DNA of 64,000 bases, taken from contig CAZBVG010000003.1 in NCBI GenBank assembly GCA_964495425.1, positions 518 to 64,517 of the forward strand, written 5' to 3'. The translations under genes were made by a program, and so were the position numbers. Under the pieces are notes generated by a model. That model had not been told where the DNA came from and did not search any database. It was given only the letters and a program-made list of their open reading frames with translations. The stretch comes from an uncultured Candidatus Saccharibacteria bacterium. Its GTDB lineage: Bacteria; Patescibacteriota; Minisyncoccia; Phycocordibacterales; UBA6065. This document shows positions 28,354-39,514 of the stretch, one piece after another (the first letter of the stretch is position 1; the number at the start of each line of letters is the position of its first letter).

Positions 28354-29216
28354 TAGTTGATTATATACTTCTTTAAGTCCTCACTGAATCTCTCGTTGTT
28401 TGTTTTTTGTCGCCACATATAAAGTGGCACAAAAATGGTGTAGCTATTTTTGAATGTCTCTGCGACCTGAAAGTTAAAATCACGATCTGCGCCACGGCCA
28501 GCAAATGATGGCCAGACGCGGTCTGCAAGTTTTCTAAATTGTACTTTTTCTATAACTTCACGACGAAAAAGAGGTGAGTTGCCGGTGCCTGGGTATGGAG
28601 CAAGTGAGCCGAAGAAAAGCTTATTGAGTATTCGAGCTCGCTTCCATTCAAAATCTATCTTCCGTGAAAGCTGAGGGAGAAATTTGAGGAAGATTCCTTT
28701 GGTTTCCCGCGCAAGATCAAGAATCTCATTTGGTCGAACGATGAGATTCTTGTGATCAAGTATAAACTGACGAGCATTAAATTTTTTACCAAGATACTTC
28801 TCGTCAAACTTCTGCCAATCAAGCGTCATGTGGGTTGCCTTGTGGTAAATGAGAAGTTCGTACTGAACTTCAATTCTATTTACGAAAGAAGCATCGTCTG
28901 CATCCTGAAATGTGATGAATTCACCTTTAGCTTTCTCGAATCCGTAATTTCTCGACATATAGCCGGCGTTTATATTTCGCCCACGTTTGTTTACGCGCTC
29001 TGGGTCATCGGTCGGCAAAGAAAAGTACTTTACTCGAGGGTCTTTTTGAACAAAAGGCATAACAACGCTCTTCGTGTCATCAGTTGAGTTGTCGTCAACA
29101 ACAAGAACTTCAAGGTTCTGCCAAGTTTGCCTAGTGATTGATTCAATCGCTACTCCAATTGTCTTTTTATTGTTGTGAGCAGGGATGATGACTGAAATAA
29201 GGGGTTTTGGAATCAT
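28353..29216 (-). CDS. GT2 glycosyltransferase
   Basis: SVIIPAHN, VVDDNSTD, FQDADD. Confidence 0.9.
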   Translation of the reverse strand: MIPKPLISVIIPAHNNKKTIGVAIESITRQTWQNLEVLVVDDNSTDDTKSVVMPFVQKDPRVKYFSLPTDDPERVNKRGRNINAGYMSRNYGFEKAKGEFITFQDADDASFVNRIEVQYELLIYHKATHMTLDWQKFDEKYLGKKFNARQFILDHKNLIVRPNEILDLARETKGIFLKFLPQLSRKIDFEWKRARILNKLFFGSLAPYPGTGNSPLFRREVIEKVQFRKLADRVWPSFAGRGADRDFNFQVAETFKNSYTIFVPLYMWRQKTNNERFSEDLKKYIIN

Positions 29217-30382
29217 AATTCGAGTTTAGTATCGATGAATTGAGTGTATGCTTCTTCGAATTTCTCCATAGTATTGTGTTTACGAACATATGACCAGACG
29301 TCATAGGCTTTTGATCGTAATACATCATCTGAGGTGTTCATCATCTTCTGCATTTCCGCTTGAATACTTTCAACACTTGTTTCTTTGAGGACAATAGCTG
29401 GCGCATCTTCGGCGATACCGGTTTCCGGCGTGATTACAGGAATGAGGCTCGCGTGCATGGCCTGAATCACCGCACCAGATGTGCCCTCAGAACATGATGG
29501 ATAGATAATTGCTACGCATTCATTAGCGATGTCACTAAAAAGTTGATTGCCAACAATCATGTGACCTTGAGCATTCACTTTCGGTCGATCGTGCAGGATA
29601 AGATCAGGAGATGAGAGTTCATTAGCAAAAGCATCGATAAAATCTCTTTCTTTTGTGATTGGACCAATGATATGGAGTTTTGTACCAGGCATTCGTGAAA
29701 ATGCTTCGAGCACGAGATCGAGACCTTTGTGAACCGCGCCGCCACCACCAAACCACATGAACGTTTTTTTTACCTTTTCAAAGTCTTTTGAATCAGGGAA
29801 AGAAAATTCATGAGCTACTGAAGCGGGAATAGGAAAAATTGATTTTCCAAAACGCGCGTATGTTGCCTGAATAGTTTTATTACCGAAACCTTCGAGGAAA
29901 TTAGCATACTTGGGGTTAAGGGAGACATACTCTTGGCGGCGAGGGATGAGTTGAATGTCACGACGGCTTTTGATACGGCGAAGTCGCTTTGCTTCTGCTT
30001 CATTTTGGAATTCAGAATACGCAGAAACTATATGCATCACTCGTTTGCAATCTCTCGGCAAAAGATGTTCAAGTCGCTCAAGATTCTTCTGGATGTCGAT
30101 GCAGACTTTGTAAGGTTTTTTAGGAATGAACGTTGTGTTGTCCCAATCAATTACATCAACATCATATCCGCGCTTTGAAAAAAGTTCAGCGATTTTTATG
30201 CACTCAGCATAGCTCGTGTGCGGATCAGTTTTTCGCTCTTTAGGTGTGAGAGTAAAAGGGGATGAAAGATACGAAAGAAGTATGGCGCCTTTCTTTGCAC
30301 CGAGAGCTCTTACGGTTACTGGCTTACCAAGCTTTACCGCGATTTTATTTCGATATGCTTCAAAAATACTAAGCTTCTGCAT
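29213..30382 (-). CDS. GT4 glycosyltransferase
   Basis: HKGLDLVLEAF, YPSCSEG; start moved to ATG 30382. Confidence 0.82.
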   Translation of the reverse strand: MQKLSIFEAYRNKIAVKLGKPVTVRALGAKKGAILLSYLSSPFTLTPKERKTDPHTSYAECIKIAELFSKRGYDVDVIDWDNTTFIPKKPYKVCIDIQKNLERLEHLLPRDCKRVMHIVSAYSEFQNEAEAKRLRRIKSRRDIQLIPRRQEYVSLNPKYANFLEGFGNKTIQATYARFGKSIFPIPASVAHEFSFPDSKDFEKVKKTFMWFGGGGAVHKGLDLVLEAFSRMPGTKLHIIGPITKERDFIDAFANELSSPDLILHDRPKVNAQGHMIVGNQLFSDIANECVAIIYPSCSEGTSGAVIQAMHASLIPVITPETGIAEDAPAIVLKETSVESIQAEMQKMMNTSDDVLRSKAYDVWSYVRKHNTMEKFEEAYTQFIDTKLEL

Positions 30383-32129
30383 GATAGTTTGCGTGTTTCT
30401 TAAACCAGACAAGTAGGCATAGTATAAGCCATAATTTAGTTGCATACTTCTTGTTTCCAGCGTAGAAGGTGTCGCATACTTTTAATGCTGTGTTTTTATC
30501 TATGTATTTGAAAGCAAGTGAATTCTCAGTAAAAAGTTTGTCTATGTATGACTTCATGGAAGCGTCTGTAAGCCAGCTATCTACTGGTGCACCGAAACCT
30601 TGTTTGCGGCGATATACGAATTCCTTTGGAAATATTTCAGCGAGGATTTCTTTAAGAATAATTTTGTTTTCAGTCTTTGAAAGTTTGAATTCAACAGGCA
30701 GATTGTACACATACTCAACTAATGCTGTGTCGAGGAATGGTGAGCGGATCTCGAGTGAGTGCATCATGCTCGTCCGGTCGATTTTCGAGAGAAGTTGTCC
30801 AGGAAGATAGTATTTAAGATCAAATGCGTTTATTTTCTCGATTGGATTTCTAGCACCCTTAGAAACATCAGTTTTGAATGAATCCTGAGAAGTCGCAGTT
30901 CTAAGGAGACTTTTTCTTTCAGAATCATCAAATACAGTCACAGTTTTCTGAGCCGCAGTATATGAATTCCCAAATATTCGCCCCAAACTCCATCGTGGTG
31001 TGTGCCAATATTTCTGATACCAGCCGTATCCCATGAAAAGTTCATCAGCGCCGTCACCTGTTAGAGCAACTTTTACTTTTGTCGCGGCAAGTCCAGAAAT
31101 AAGATGCTGGGGAAAATTTGAAGTATCAGCATGGGGTTCATCCATGTATTCAATGATTTCTTCAAGTGCATTAATGAGATTTTCTTTTACATTCAGGCTA
31201 TGGTGATCCGTTCCAATCTTTTTCGAGGCTTCAAGTGCAAATGGGAGCTCATTTTTATTTCCTTCGTATCCTACAGAAAATGTTTTGATAGGAAATGTAG
31301 AATACTTTTGCGCATAGTGAGTAACAAGTGTTGAATCCACGCCACCAGAAAGAAGTGATCCAACCTCAACATCAGCAACCATTCTCTTCTTTACTGCTTC
31401 ATCAAAAAGCTTCTTTATGGTGTTTTTTGCTTTATCTCGTGTTACTGAGATCTCTTTCTTTTCAAGATCCCAATATCGCCATGTTTCAAGCTTCCCGTCT
31501 TTCACAATACCAGCATGAGCGGGGAGAACGGTGTGAATATTTTCATAGATAGTTCGATTCGGCGCCACGTACATATATTGCAAGAAACCATCAAGTGCCA
31601 CTGGATCGATCTTGCCTTTGATGAGTTTGGTCGCAAAAATAGATTTGATTTCAGAAGCAGCAATAAATACGTCGTTTACGGTAGCAAAATAGAAAGGCTT
31701 TTTACCAAATCTATCGCGAGCAATAAACATCTCCTTTTTCTTTTCGTCCCAGATGGCAAAAGCAAACATTCCATCGATATATTTCACACAGTCTTTTCCG
31801 TATTCTGCGTACGCTTTCAAAATGACTTCGGTGTCAGAGTTTGTACTGAATTTGTGGCCTTTTAAAATAAGATCGTTTCGTAAATCTTTATATCCATAGA
31901 TTTCTCCATTAAAAACGATGGCGTGTGGATTAGTATTATCCTTCATTGGTTGATGACCACCAGTGAGATCGACAATTGAGAGTCGTGTTTGTCCAATTAC
32001 TGCCTCCGGAAAGTGCAAAAACCCCTTATCATCAGGGCCGCGCCTTGAAAGGCAAGAAAGCATCGAAGTTACCTTCGAATCGTTTATAGTAGATGCCTTT
32101 TTGCCCTGAATGGCTATGATTCCGCACAT
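30369..32129 (-). CDS. asnB: asparagine synthase (glutamine-hydrolysing)-like amidotransferase of a glycan cluster
   Basis: MCGI, RRGPD, RLSIVDL, FNGEIY, RDRFGKKP, LSGGVDS, TGDGADELF. Confidence 0.93.
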   Translation of the reverse strand: MCGIIAIQGKKASTINDSKVTSMLSCLSRRGPDDKGFLHFPEAVIGQTRLSIVDLTGGHQPMKDNTNPHAIVFNGEIYGYKDLRNDLILKGHKFSTNSDTEVILKAYAEYGKDCVKYIDGMFAFAIWDEKKKEMFIARDRFGKKPFYFATVNDVFIAASEIKSIFATKLIKGKIDPVALDGFLQYMYVAPNRTIYENIHTVLPAHAGIVKDGKLETWRYWDLEKKEISVTRDKAKNTIKKLFDEAVKKRMVADVEVGSLLSGGVDSTLVTHYAQKYSTFPIKTFSVGYEGNKNELPFALEASKKIGTDHHSLNVKENLINALEEIIEYMDEPHADTSNFPQHLISGLAATKVKVALTGDGADELFMGYGWYQKYWHTPRWSLGRIFGNSYTAAQKTVTVFDDSERKSLLRTATSQDSFKTDVSKGARNPIEKINAFDLKYYLPGQLLSKIDRTSMMHSLEIRSPFLDTALVEYVYNLPVEFKLSKTENKIILKEILAEIFPKEFVYRRKQGFGAPVDSWLTDASMKSYIDKLFTENSLAFKYIDKNTALKVCDTFYAGNKKYATKLWLILCLLVWFKKHANYHAEA

Positions 32130-32165
32130 AAAGATAATGGTAGCATTTTCTTGCTTTTTATAATA

Positions 32166-32192
32166 AAAACACCGCTGCGAGATTACAGCGGT
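32166..32192 (-). terminator. intrinsic terminator after the colD-like gene
   Basis: On the minus strand CACCGCTG-TAATCTCG-CAGCGGTG-TTTTT. Confidence 0.7.
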
Positions 32193-32199
32193 GGTCTAT

Positions 32200-33390
32200 T
32201 TATCGTGAAGAAAGCAATTTTATGAGTATCTCAACTTCTTTTTTGGTCAAATCAGGGTTATTCGCAAAATAAAATCCATGAGAATGAATGAAGTGCGCGT
32301 TTTTATTTTCTTTGTTTTTTGAAGAGACGTGTTTTTTATAGAAAGGCTGTTTTGTAATATCTCCTGCAATAATAGGGCGAATTTCCACGAGGTTATCTTC
32401 AAATTTCTTTTTGTATGCATGGAAAAGCTCTTCATCTTTAACAATAATCGGCATAGCAAAGTTCGAAACAATATCCATGTGATTAACATCAACAGGTATA
32501 AAGTCCTTATTTTCTGCTACTGCCTCAGCAAACTTTCTGAAGTTATTTTCTCGAGCATTCACGAGTACATCCCAATGCGGCAATTGAAGATTACCGAGAA
32601 ATCCATTCACATCTGTGGGCCGTACATTGTATGCAAGATCGTAGAAAGAATATTTTGCATGGAAATCACCGATATCGTGTTTATTTCGGAAGTGCGCTTG
32701 TTTGTGTGGAGGCAGATTTCTGTCCCAACCATGAGCACGTGCCATTACAATCGCGTGATAAAGATCCTCATCATCAGTACAAACCATGCCGCCTTCAATA
32801 GTTGAAATATGGTGGGCGACAAAGAAAGAAAAGGTTGAGGCAAGACTAAAGTTGCCAAGTAGTCTTCCTTTTACTTTCGAGCCAAGTGATTCGCAGTTAT
32901 CCTCAAGAAGAATAATTTTTTTAGCCTTACATTCTTTTTCAATAGCTTCTATGTCATCGCTAAAGCCAAGTACGTTCGTTAGAAAGAGCGCATCAAGATT
33001 TTTTAAGTGTGGCTTAAGGGTTTCAGGAGAGATGTTGAGTGTTGAAAGAGACACATCAATCGCAACAGGGTTGAGACCTAATTGAATAATCGGCATTACG
33101 TTTGTGGCCCAGGTTAGAGAGGAGATTCCTACATTCGCACCTGCTTTTATTTTACCTATGTTGATAAGAGCTTGGAGTAAGATGAGGTTTGCGCTTGAAC
33201 CGCTATTTACGAACACTGCATGTTTTCGTTCCTGTTTTTTGGCAAAGTCCTCTTCAAATTTCTTTGTCTCTTTACCCATGCTCAAAATATCTGATTTGAG
33301 TATGAAGTCTGCCAACTTTTTTCGTGTCTCCGCCTCATTGAAAAAGGCGGCCTTCATAAGCTTTATCGGTTTTTTGTTGGTTGTTTTCAT
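32200..33390 (-). CDS. colD: GDP-4-keto-6-deoxy-D-mannose 3-dehydratase-like (DegT family, His at the Schiff-base position)
   Basis: VNSGSSANL, LEDNCESLG, SFFVAHHISTIEGG, RAHGWDRNL; lacks the Cys motif of E1/RfbH. Confidence 0.78.
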   Translation of the reverse strand: MKTTNKKPIKLMKAAFFNEAETRKKLADFILKSDILSMGKETKKFEEDFAKKQERKHAVFVNSGSSANLILLQALINIGKIKAGANVGISSLTWATNVMPIIQLGLNPVAIDVSLSTLNISPETLKPHLKNLDALFLTNVLGFSDDIEAIEKECKAKKIILLEDNCESLGSKVKGRLLGNFSLASTFSFFVAHHISTIEGGMVCTDDEDLYHAIVMARAHGWDRNLPPHKQAHFRNKHDIGDFHAKYSFYDLAYNVRPTDVNGFLGNLQLPHWDVLVNARENNFRKFAEAVAENKDFIPVDVNHMDIVSNFAMPIIVKDEELFHAYKKKFEDNLVEIRPIIAGDITKQPFYKKHVSSKNKENKNAHFIHSHGFYFANNPDLTKKEVEILIKLLSSR

Positions 33391-34388
33391 TATTTCTTTT
33401 TCTTCTTTCCGGTCGTGACAGATTCTACATCTTTAATCCAAGCTTTCAAGAGAGGGATTTCTTCTGGTGGAACAAGCTTTGCCTGAACGAGAGCTTCGTA
33501 TGCCAATAGCATGTTTTCTGACATGGAAACTTTTTCCTGAAGTGCCTTCTTTGTAATGTTCACAATTTCTTCTGAATGGAGGTAAATGAGAATTTCTTCT
33601 TTGAAATCACGGAGATAATTATGGGGATTTCGTTCCTGAGTTACGGTCGAAGGAGTAAAACCAAGAGAGTACCCGTAATGCGCCATTATTGGTTGTGCTA
33701 CAAGTCCGCGGAGAATATCGCTTGCTCTTGGGGTGATATATGAAGGCAAGTACATGAGAACATAGGTATCTTTGTGGAATGTTGTGCTTTGGCAGTTGAA
33801 AGGACAAATCGTCCCTGGAGAAAGTACGAGCGGTTTTCGATCTTTAAAATAAACAAAATCATTGTTTACTAGTCTGTAAATTGCATCTACGTCAGTATCT
33901 TTATCGGCAAGATGCTGCCATGCTCCGATTTTGTGCTCAGCATCAATTTCTTTTGGCTTATTGTCCGTAAGAATCATGTTGAGCGGATATCCACGAGGCC
34001 AGACAAACTTCTCGGTGAAATGTTTGTAGATGTTTACGAACCCATCCTGTTTGAGGGTTTTGAATTTTCCTGTGAAAGGGAATGCGCTCCAGCGTTTGTT
34101 TGGAATGTTGTCATCATCAGATTGAGTGATGAATTCAGCACCCTCTCGCATTGCTTCAAGATAGGCAAGGTTGGCACGTGCCGGGAGATTCCAGGGAAGT
34201 TTCTCAACAATTGAATAAGGAAGCTTGAGCTGATCTTCTGGGGAAATATACGTTACGTTTTTGTAGTTCCAACCAGCCGGAGTTTTCTTGTCACCAACCA
34301 TGATGGTTTTCCAATCTTTCATTTCGGCATACTTTCGTACTGCTTCGGTCGGAGCGTTTATTGAGGTCATTACTACGTAGTTTTTCAT
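33390..34388 (-). CDS. STELLO/DUF288-like (GT75-related) protein
   Basis: TSINAPT, VGDKKTP, N.AYL.A, DDDN, WPRGYPL, DVDAIYRL, PFNCQ.T, Q.RNPHNYL.DF.EE. Confidence 0.8.
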   Translation of the reverse strand: MKNYVVMTSINAPTEAVRKYAEMKDWKTIMVGDKKTPAGWNYKNVTYISPEDQLKLPYSIVEKLPWNLPARANLAYLEAMREGAEFITQSDDDNIPNKRWSAFPFTGKFKTLKQDGFVNIYKHFTEKFVWPRGYPLNMILTDNKPKEIDAEHKIGAWQHLADKDTDVDAIYRLVNNDFVYFKDRKPLVLSPGTICPFNCQSTTFHKDTYVLMYLPSYITPRASDILRGLVAQPIMAHYGYSLGFTPSTVTQERNPHNYLRDFKEEILIYLHSEEIVNITKKALQEKVSMSENMLLAYEALVQAKLVPPEEIPLLKAWIKDVESVTTGKKKKK

Positions 34389-34392
34389 GGTT

Positions 34393-35340
34393 TTATTTCT
34401 TTTTACCGATTAAATAATGATTACCTTTAAAATGCTCTATTTCTCGATCAATCCACGTGTAGCTATTTTCTCGCTTTTGCATATCGGCATAGTATGACAG
34501 GTTGTCTATACCACCAAAAAGATTTTGGTAGCCAATAAGCTGGTGTTTGCTATTTCTTGCAAAGTTTTCAATCTTTTTTCTCAATTTAACAGGGGATTCG
34601 CTCGTAGACCATGTAGCAATAAAGATGTTTGGATGTGCACCTTGGAGCTGCTTGGTCAGTTTACTTATATCTGAGAGAAGCACAACAGAGTTTGATTCCT
34701 GAGTCGGTGCAGTATGGATTTTGATTGGAAGATTGATTGATGAAAGGAAATACTCTTGAAGAGCTGAAAATTCAGGTAGATCAAAAATAACGTATGTGCC
34801 TTTAAATCCCAATTGGAAAAAGAGTCGAGCCATGCTTCCATATCCACCACCGAATTCAAAAATGTACTGCATGTTCGGAATGGATATTCTATGTTGCTCA
34901 ACTAGTTGTGAAAGGTGATATGCATGATGAATCAGATTTCCACCGCTTGTTGGGTAAGCTTTATATTCAGGTGGATTGCCGGCAGGATTTTCAGTAAGTG
35001 CTTTTTCCCAGGTACTCCATGAAGGCAAATTCTTTAAATGCTCAAGTTCGAGCACCGGGGCTTCCGTATACATTGTTACGGCAACGTCAGGCCAACGAGT
35101 AAAATTCCGAGGATCTTTATTGAGAATATTTTGACGCATCTCGTTGAGGCGTCTGAGCCATTTATGTGATGTAGAATTTTCTTTCGTAAACTCGAGGGGT
35201 GGAAGAGAAGAAATTTTTTTACGAAATGTTTCTATAAGACGTGACTCTTTTTCGGTCGGAGCTGGTAATGCAGGAGGTTCCAAAGTCTTTTCCTTTGTTT
35301 TGAATAAGTGCTTTATTTTATTTTTTATTCTTGTGATCAT
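34393..35340 (-). CDS. putative sugar O-methyltransferase
   Basis: IFEFGGGYG, IFDLPE, ATWSTSE. Confidence 0.75.
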   Translation of the reverse strand: MITRIKNKIKHLFKTKEKTLEPPALPAPTEKESRLIETFRKKISSLPPLEFTKENSTSHKWLRRLNEMRQNILNKDPRNFTRWPDVAVTMYTEAPVLELEHLKNLPSWSTWEKALTENPAGNPPEYKAYPTSGGNLIHHAYHLSQLVEQHRISIPNMQYIFEFGGGYGSMARLFFQLGFKGTYVIFDLPEFSALQEYFLSSINLPIKIHTAPTQESNSVVLLSDISKLTKQLQGAHPNIFIATWSTSESPVKLRKKIENFARNSKHQLIGYQNLFGGIDNLSYYADMQKRENSYTWIDREIEHFKGNHYLIGKKK

Positions 35341-36257
35341 TAGATTTTTTCTCCAGTTTCACGATCTAGTTTAATCCATCGATCTGGCATCAGGTCGCGT
35401 ATATCCATTGGCTTGTTAAACCATTTGTGCGGAGCGATCACTACCTGACCTTTTGTTTCACCAAGCCATGCACCCCACCAGCCGAATGTACTGTTTGAAA
35501 GAATGTGGTGTTTACAGTAGCTCATGAGGGTAATGTCTTCGTAATTTTTCGCTGCACCTTGACCATTGAATGTCATAGGGTGAGGGATTTTAAAGTTCGA
35601 TTTTACCCAATCGATACTGTCAGAAAATATAAAGAAATGAGGATTAGGAACTTTCTCCGCCATAAGTTCTACGGCTTTGTAGTAGTAATCCATTGAGCAG
35701 AGTCCATGGAATTTAGCTTGTTCTGGTTTGTCAGCAAAGTCACCACGACGAATGTGAAGGCAAATAGGGTTCTTTGTTGATCTAATTTTTTGAGCAAGGT
35801 CAGCACCTTCTTTGCCGAGGCTTCCTTTAATCGAGAAATCCTTCTTGAGGGTATCTCTAATTTCACTAAAGTATTTTTCTGTTTGCCAATATCCATCAAG
35901 ATATGCGTCTCCGGACGTGTTCTTTATGGATTCATTAAAAGGGAAGTCGTACTCCTTTTTGTATTTTCCAAAAGTAAGTAGCGCTCGATCAAGTTGAAGT
36001 TTCTTTACAACCCTTGAGACAGATTTTGGGAGCCGATCAAGAAAAATCGAATATTTTTTGTACTTAAAAATTTCTTTTTCGCTTGCAATGTTCTCAATGA
36101 TTTTGAAATGATCGAGGCTGTATTCATGATGTTCGTATGTTGCAAAGTCAGACGTGTCGAGTTTGAACGCTTGTTTCGTATGTAAGGAAATCGCACGGGC
36201 GGTGGCATATTGAAACATCTGATTTCCTAATCCACCGATGACTTTTACTATGATCAT
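35340..36257 (-). CDS. GT11 alpha-1,2-fucosyl/colitosyltransferase
   Basis: GGLGNQMFQYA, GYWQTEKYF, HIRRGDF, NSTFGWWGAWL. Confidence 0.92.
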   Translation of the reverse strand: MIIVKVIGGLGNQMFQYATARAISLHTKQAFKLDTSDFATYEHHEYSLDHFKIIENIASEKEIFKYKKYSIFLDRLPKSVSRVVKKLQLDRALLTFGKYKKEYDFPFNESIKNTSGDAYLDGYWQTEKYFSEIRDTLKKDFSIKGSLGKEGADLAQKIRSTKNPICLHIRRGDFADKPEQAKFHGLCSMDYYYKAVELMAEKVPNPHFFIFSDSIDWVKSNFKIPHPMTFNGQGAAKNYEDITLMSYCKHHILSNSTFGWWGAWLGETKGQVVIAPHKWFNKPMDIRDLMPDRWIKLDRETGEKI

Positions 36258-37195
36258 TATTTTTTCTGATTAAGATACCACTCAATGGTATTTTTAAGTC
36301 CCTGATCAAAAGGCATTTTTGCTCTGTACCCAAATTCCTTTTCAGCCTTAGAGATATCAAGAGCTCTTCGTGGCTGTCCGTCGAGTGATCCGTTCCAACG
36401 AATTTCCCCTTTGAATTTCATATACTCAACAATTTTTTCAACTACATGTTTGATGCTGATCTCTTGTCCCGATCCAAGATTTACTGGATCTGGTTTGTCG
36501 TATTTTTCCGCTGCCGAAACAATCCCTTCTGCGGCATCTCCTGCGTATAAGAACTCGCGAGTAGGTTTTCCGGTACCCCAAACATCAATAAATCCAGTCT
36601 TCTTTTCTTCGGCCTCACGTACTTTTCGTACGATTGCAGGAATTACATGTGAGGATTCAGGATCAAAATCATCTCGCGGGCCGTAGAGATTTACTGTGAG
36701 AAGATGAATTGCATTCATATTATACTGCTGTCTGTATGCCTGTGCCTGTACGAGCATCATCTTTTTTGCGAGTCCATATGGCGCGTTGGTCTCCTCAGGG
36801 TATCCAGTCCAAAGATTTTCCTCCTTAAATGGAACAGGAGTGATTTTTGGGTATGCGCAAATTGATCCAAGTCCTAGAAATTTTTCAACACCTTCGAGTC
36901 TTGCCGCCTCCATAAGCTGGGTGTTCATGATGAGATTATCGTAGAAAAGCTCACCCGGTTTCGCCTTGTTATAACCGATCCCGCCCGCATTCGCTGCAAG
37001 ATGGATTACCACATCCATACCTTTAACTGCTTTTACGCAATTTTCCCACACGCGAAGATCGCAAGTTTTTGAGCGGGGAACAGAGATATTTTTCTTAGGA
37101 ACTCCTCGTTCAAGCAATTTTTCCACCACATATGAACCGAGAAATCCTCCACCACCAGTAACCAATATTTTCTTTTTTGTGAGGTCTATTTTCAT
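36257..37195 (-). CDS. fcl: GDP-L-fucose synthase family epimerase/reductase (Fcl or ColC)
   Basis: [42 protein letters not shown]; start moved to ATG 37195. Confidence 0.88.
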   Translation of the reverse strand: MKIDLTKKKILVTGGGGFLGSYVVEKLLERGVPKKNISVPRSKTCDLRVWENCVKAVKGMDVVIHLAANAGGIGYNKAKPGELFYDNLIMNTQLMEAARLEGVEKFLGLGSICAYPKITPVPFKEENLWTGYPEETNAPYGLAKKMMLVQAQAYRQQYNMNAIHLLTVNLYGPRDDFDPESSHVIPAIVRKVREAEEKKTGFIDVWGTGKPTREFLYAGDAAEGIVSAAEKYDKPDPVNLGSGQEISIKHVVEKIVEYMKFKGEIRWNGSLDGQPRRALDISKAEKEFGYRAKMPFDQGLKNTIEWYLNQKK

Positions 37196-37196
37196 A

Positions 37197-38240
37197 TTAT
37201 TTTCTAGATATATATTGCTCTTGTTCAAAATCTGCTTGGGCCATAATTTTTACTAATTCTTTAAACTTAACCTTTGGCGACCACCGGAGTTTTTTCTTTG
37301 CCTTAGAGTAGTCTCCAATGAGCAGATCAACTTCAGAGGGCCTGAAGTACACAGGATCAATCTCAATCACTGTTTTACCTGTCTTTTTATCGATACCTTT
37401 CTCTGAAAGACCTTTACCTTTCCACACTATGTTCATGCCCAGATGTTTTGCAGTTTCTTCCACAAACTCACGTACGGTGTGTGTTTCATTTGTGGCAATC
37501 ACATAATCATCGGGCTTATCTTGCTGGAGCATAAGCCACATAGCTTCAGCGTAATCTTTTGCGTAGCCCCAATCTCTTTTTGCGTTAAGATTTCCCAAAT
37601 ATAGTTTATCTTCCAGACCAAGTTTGATACGAGAGAGTCCTCGGGTTATCTTTCTGGTTACAAATGTTTCACCTCGTCTAGGCGATTCGTGATTAAAAAG
37701 AATTCCATTGCACGCAAAGATACCGTAGCTTTCTCGATAATTTTTAGTAATCCAGTATGAATATACTTTTGCGCAGCCATAAGGGGAACGAGGGTAGAAC
37801 GGTGTGGTTTCTTTTTGGGGAGTTTCAACGACCATTCCAAACATTTCAGAAGAAGACGCTTGATAGAATTTTGTTTTGATACCGCTTTCTCGGATTGCAT
37901 CAAGGAAGCGGAGTGTTCCTAGTCCAGTCACATCTCCAGTGTATTCGGGGGTAAGAAAACTTATACCCACATGACTTTGTGCTCCGAGATTATAAATTTC
38001 ATCTGGTTTTATTTTTTCAATAAGTCTTGAAATGTTACTGCTGTCAGATAAGTCGCCGTAATGAAGGAATAGTTTAACTCCCTTTTTATGGGGATCTTGA
38101 AGAAGGTGATCTATACGAGAGGTGTTGAATGAAGATGATCTTCGGCGTATACCATGTACTTCATATCCTTTCTCAAGGAGAAGTTCAGCAAGGTAAGATC
38201 CATCTTGTCCTGTAATTCCAGTAATTAAAGCTTTTTTCAT
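37197..38240 (-). CDS. gmd: GDP-mannose 4,6-dehydratase
   Basis: [45 protein letters not shown]. Confidence 0.97.
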   Translation of the reverse strand: MKKALITGITGQDGSYLAELLLEKGYEVHGIRRRSSSFNTSRIDHLLQDPHKKGVKLFLHYGDLSDSSNISRLIEKIKPDEIYNLGAQSHVGISFLTPEYTGDVTGLGTLRFLDAIRESGIKTKFYQASSSEMFGMVVETPQKETTPFYPRSPYGCAKVYSYWITKNYRESYGIFACNGILFNHESPRRGETFVTRKITRGLSRIKLGLEDKLYLGNLNAKRDWGYAKDYAEAMWLMLQQDKPDDYVIATNETHTVREFVEETAKHLGMNIVWKGKGLSEKGIDKKTGKTVIEIDPVYFRPSEVDLLIGDYSKAKKKLRWSPKVKFKELVKIMAQADFEQEQYISRK

Positions 38241-39514
38241 ATGATGGTGTGTTCGGTCTTCATTTTTCTCATAAGTATTCCCAAGATTGCGTAGTCAACT
38301 ATCTCTGTAATAATAAGTGCCCATACCGCACCCTTGATACCAAATGGTGGAATAAGGCTAAACGCTGCAACTATACGAATCAAGTTTGGAAGCAAGGTCA
38401 TTATGTAGCTCTCTTTTACGAGATGTTGGGCGGATATTGCAACACCCAACATTTTACGTGGAGAAGAAAGTAGCGAGATTGCCGCGAGTTGAGAAAGTCC
38501 TACAGCCTCAATATATTGAGGAAAAAGGAATTTAAAAATAAGTGGTGCGAAAAGTACGTAACCTAATGCGAGTGGTATGGCTAATACATACAGCTGTTTA
38601 ATTCTAAAAAATAAATTCGACTGAACTTCTGAAAAAGATTTTTGGGCGAACTTAGGAAGCGCAAGAAGACTTTGGTTTTCAATAAGAGACCTTAGTTCTC
38701 GAACTGGCGTTGTTGCGTATGTAAATACCGCCACTGGCGCTGCACCCAGGAACTTCCACAAAAGGATACTGTCTATTTTTTCAGATAAATATCCAAAAAT
38801 ACTGAGAAGTCCAGAATGAAAAGCAAATCGAGAATCAAAGTGTTCTTTTGGTTCTGCGGGTGTTGAGAAATCATGAAGTTTTCGAATCTTGGTATAAAGA
38901 ATTGAGCCGAGGATAGTATTGGTAAGAATATTTGCAACTAAAATAAAAAGCGCGGAGCGTGTATGCCAACCTACAAGTACAATAATGATTGTTACAATCG
39001 GAGTTCTAATAAGGTTGAATCTTGCGAGCCAGCCGAAATCACCTCTATTAGATAAGAATGATTTTGCGATTCCGTTTGATACTGAGATAGGGAGCACAAT
39101 CGCTCCAAGTAAGAAGGGAATAAATAGCTCAATATTACCTTTTGCAAAATAATAGATAGAAAGGCCGAGAAGACCAGTCGCGCCAACAAGTGACCAGGGA
39201 AGTACTTTTCTTAGACCCTGCATCACAACATGATTTTCTTTGCGTGCAACACCTTTTATTATTCCAGAACCAAGCCCTGTTGTTTGGGCCATGCTAAATA
39301 TTCCCAAAGCTGCTAATACAAATGAATAGGTTCCGTATGCTTCTTTCGTAAGTAGGTGGGCGAACGCAACAGAAAGTATTAAACCGTTTGCAATTCCTGA
39401 AACTCGATTGAGGTTAAGCCAAAAATTATTTTTGGTGAAATACACCATATCTGTTTTGGTGTATTTTTCGGTAGATCGTAAAAAACTAATTACTTTTTCT
39501 TTTATTGAGGCCAT
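38237..39514 (-). CDS. Wzx-like oligosaccharide flippase
   Basis: ~12 [22 protein letters not shown]; within a glycan operon. Confidence 0.82.
   Translation of the reverse strand: MASIKEKVISFLRSTEKYTKTDMVYFTKNNFWLNLNRVSGIANGLILSVAFAHLLTKEAYGTYSFVLAALGIFSMAQTTGLGSGIIKGVARKENHVVMQGLRKVLPWSLVGATGLLGLSIYYFAKGNIELFIPFLLGAIVLPISVSNGIAKSFLSNRGDFGWLARFNLIRTPIVTIIIVLVGWHTRSALFILVANILTNTILGSILYTKIRKLHDFSTPAEPKEHFDSRFAFHSGLLSIFGYLSEKIDSILLWKFLGAAPVAVFTYATTPVRELRSLIENQSLLALPKFAQKSFSEVQSNLFFRIKQLYVLAIPLALGYVLFAPLIFKFLFPQYIEAVGLSQLAAISLLSSPRKMLGVAISAQHLVKESYIMTLLPNLIRIVAAFSLIPPFGIKGAVWALIITEIVDYAILGILMRKMKTEHTII

Noticed and set aside
32200-33390. Ordinary sugar aminotransferase (perosamine synthase) or E1/RfbH
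   Set aside because: His replaces the catalytic Lys and the Fe-S Cys motif is absent, which fits ColD better.
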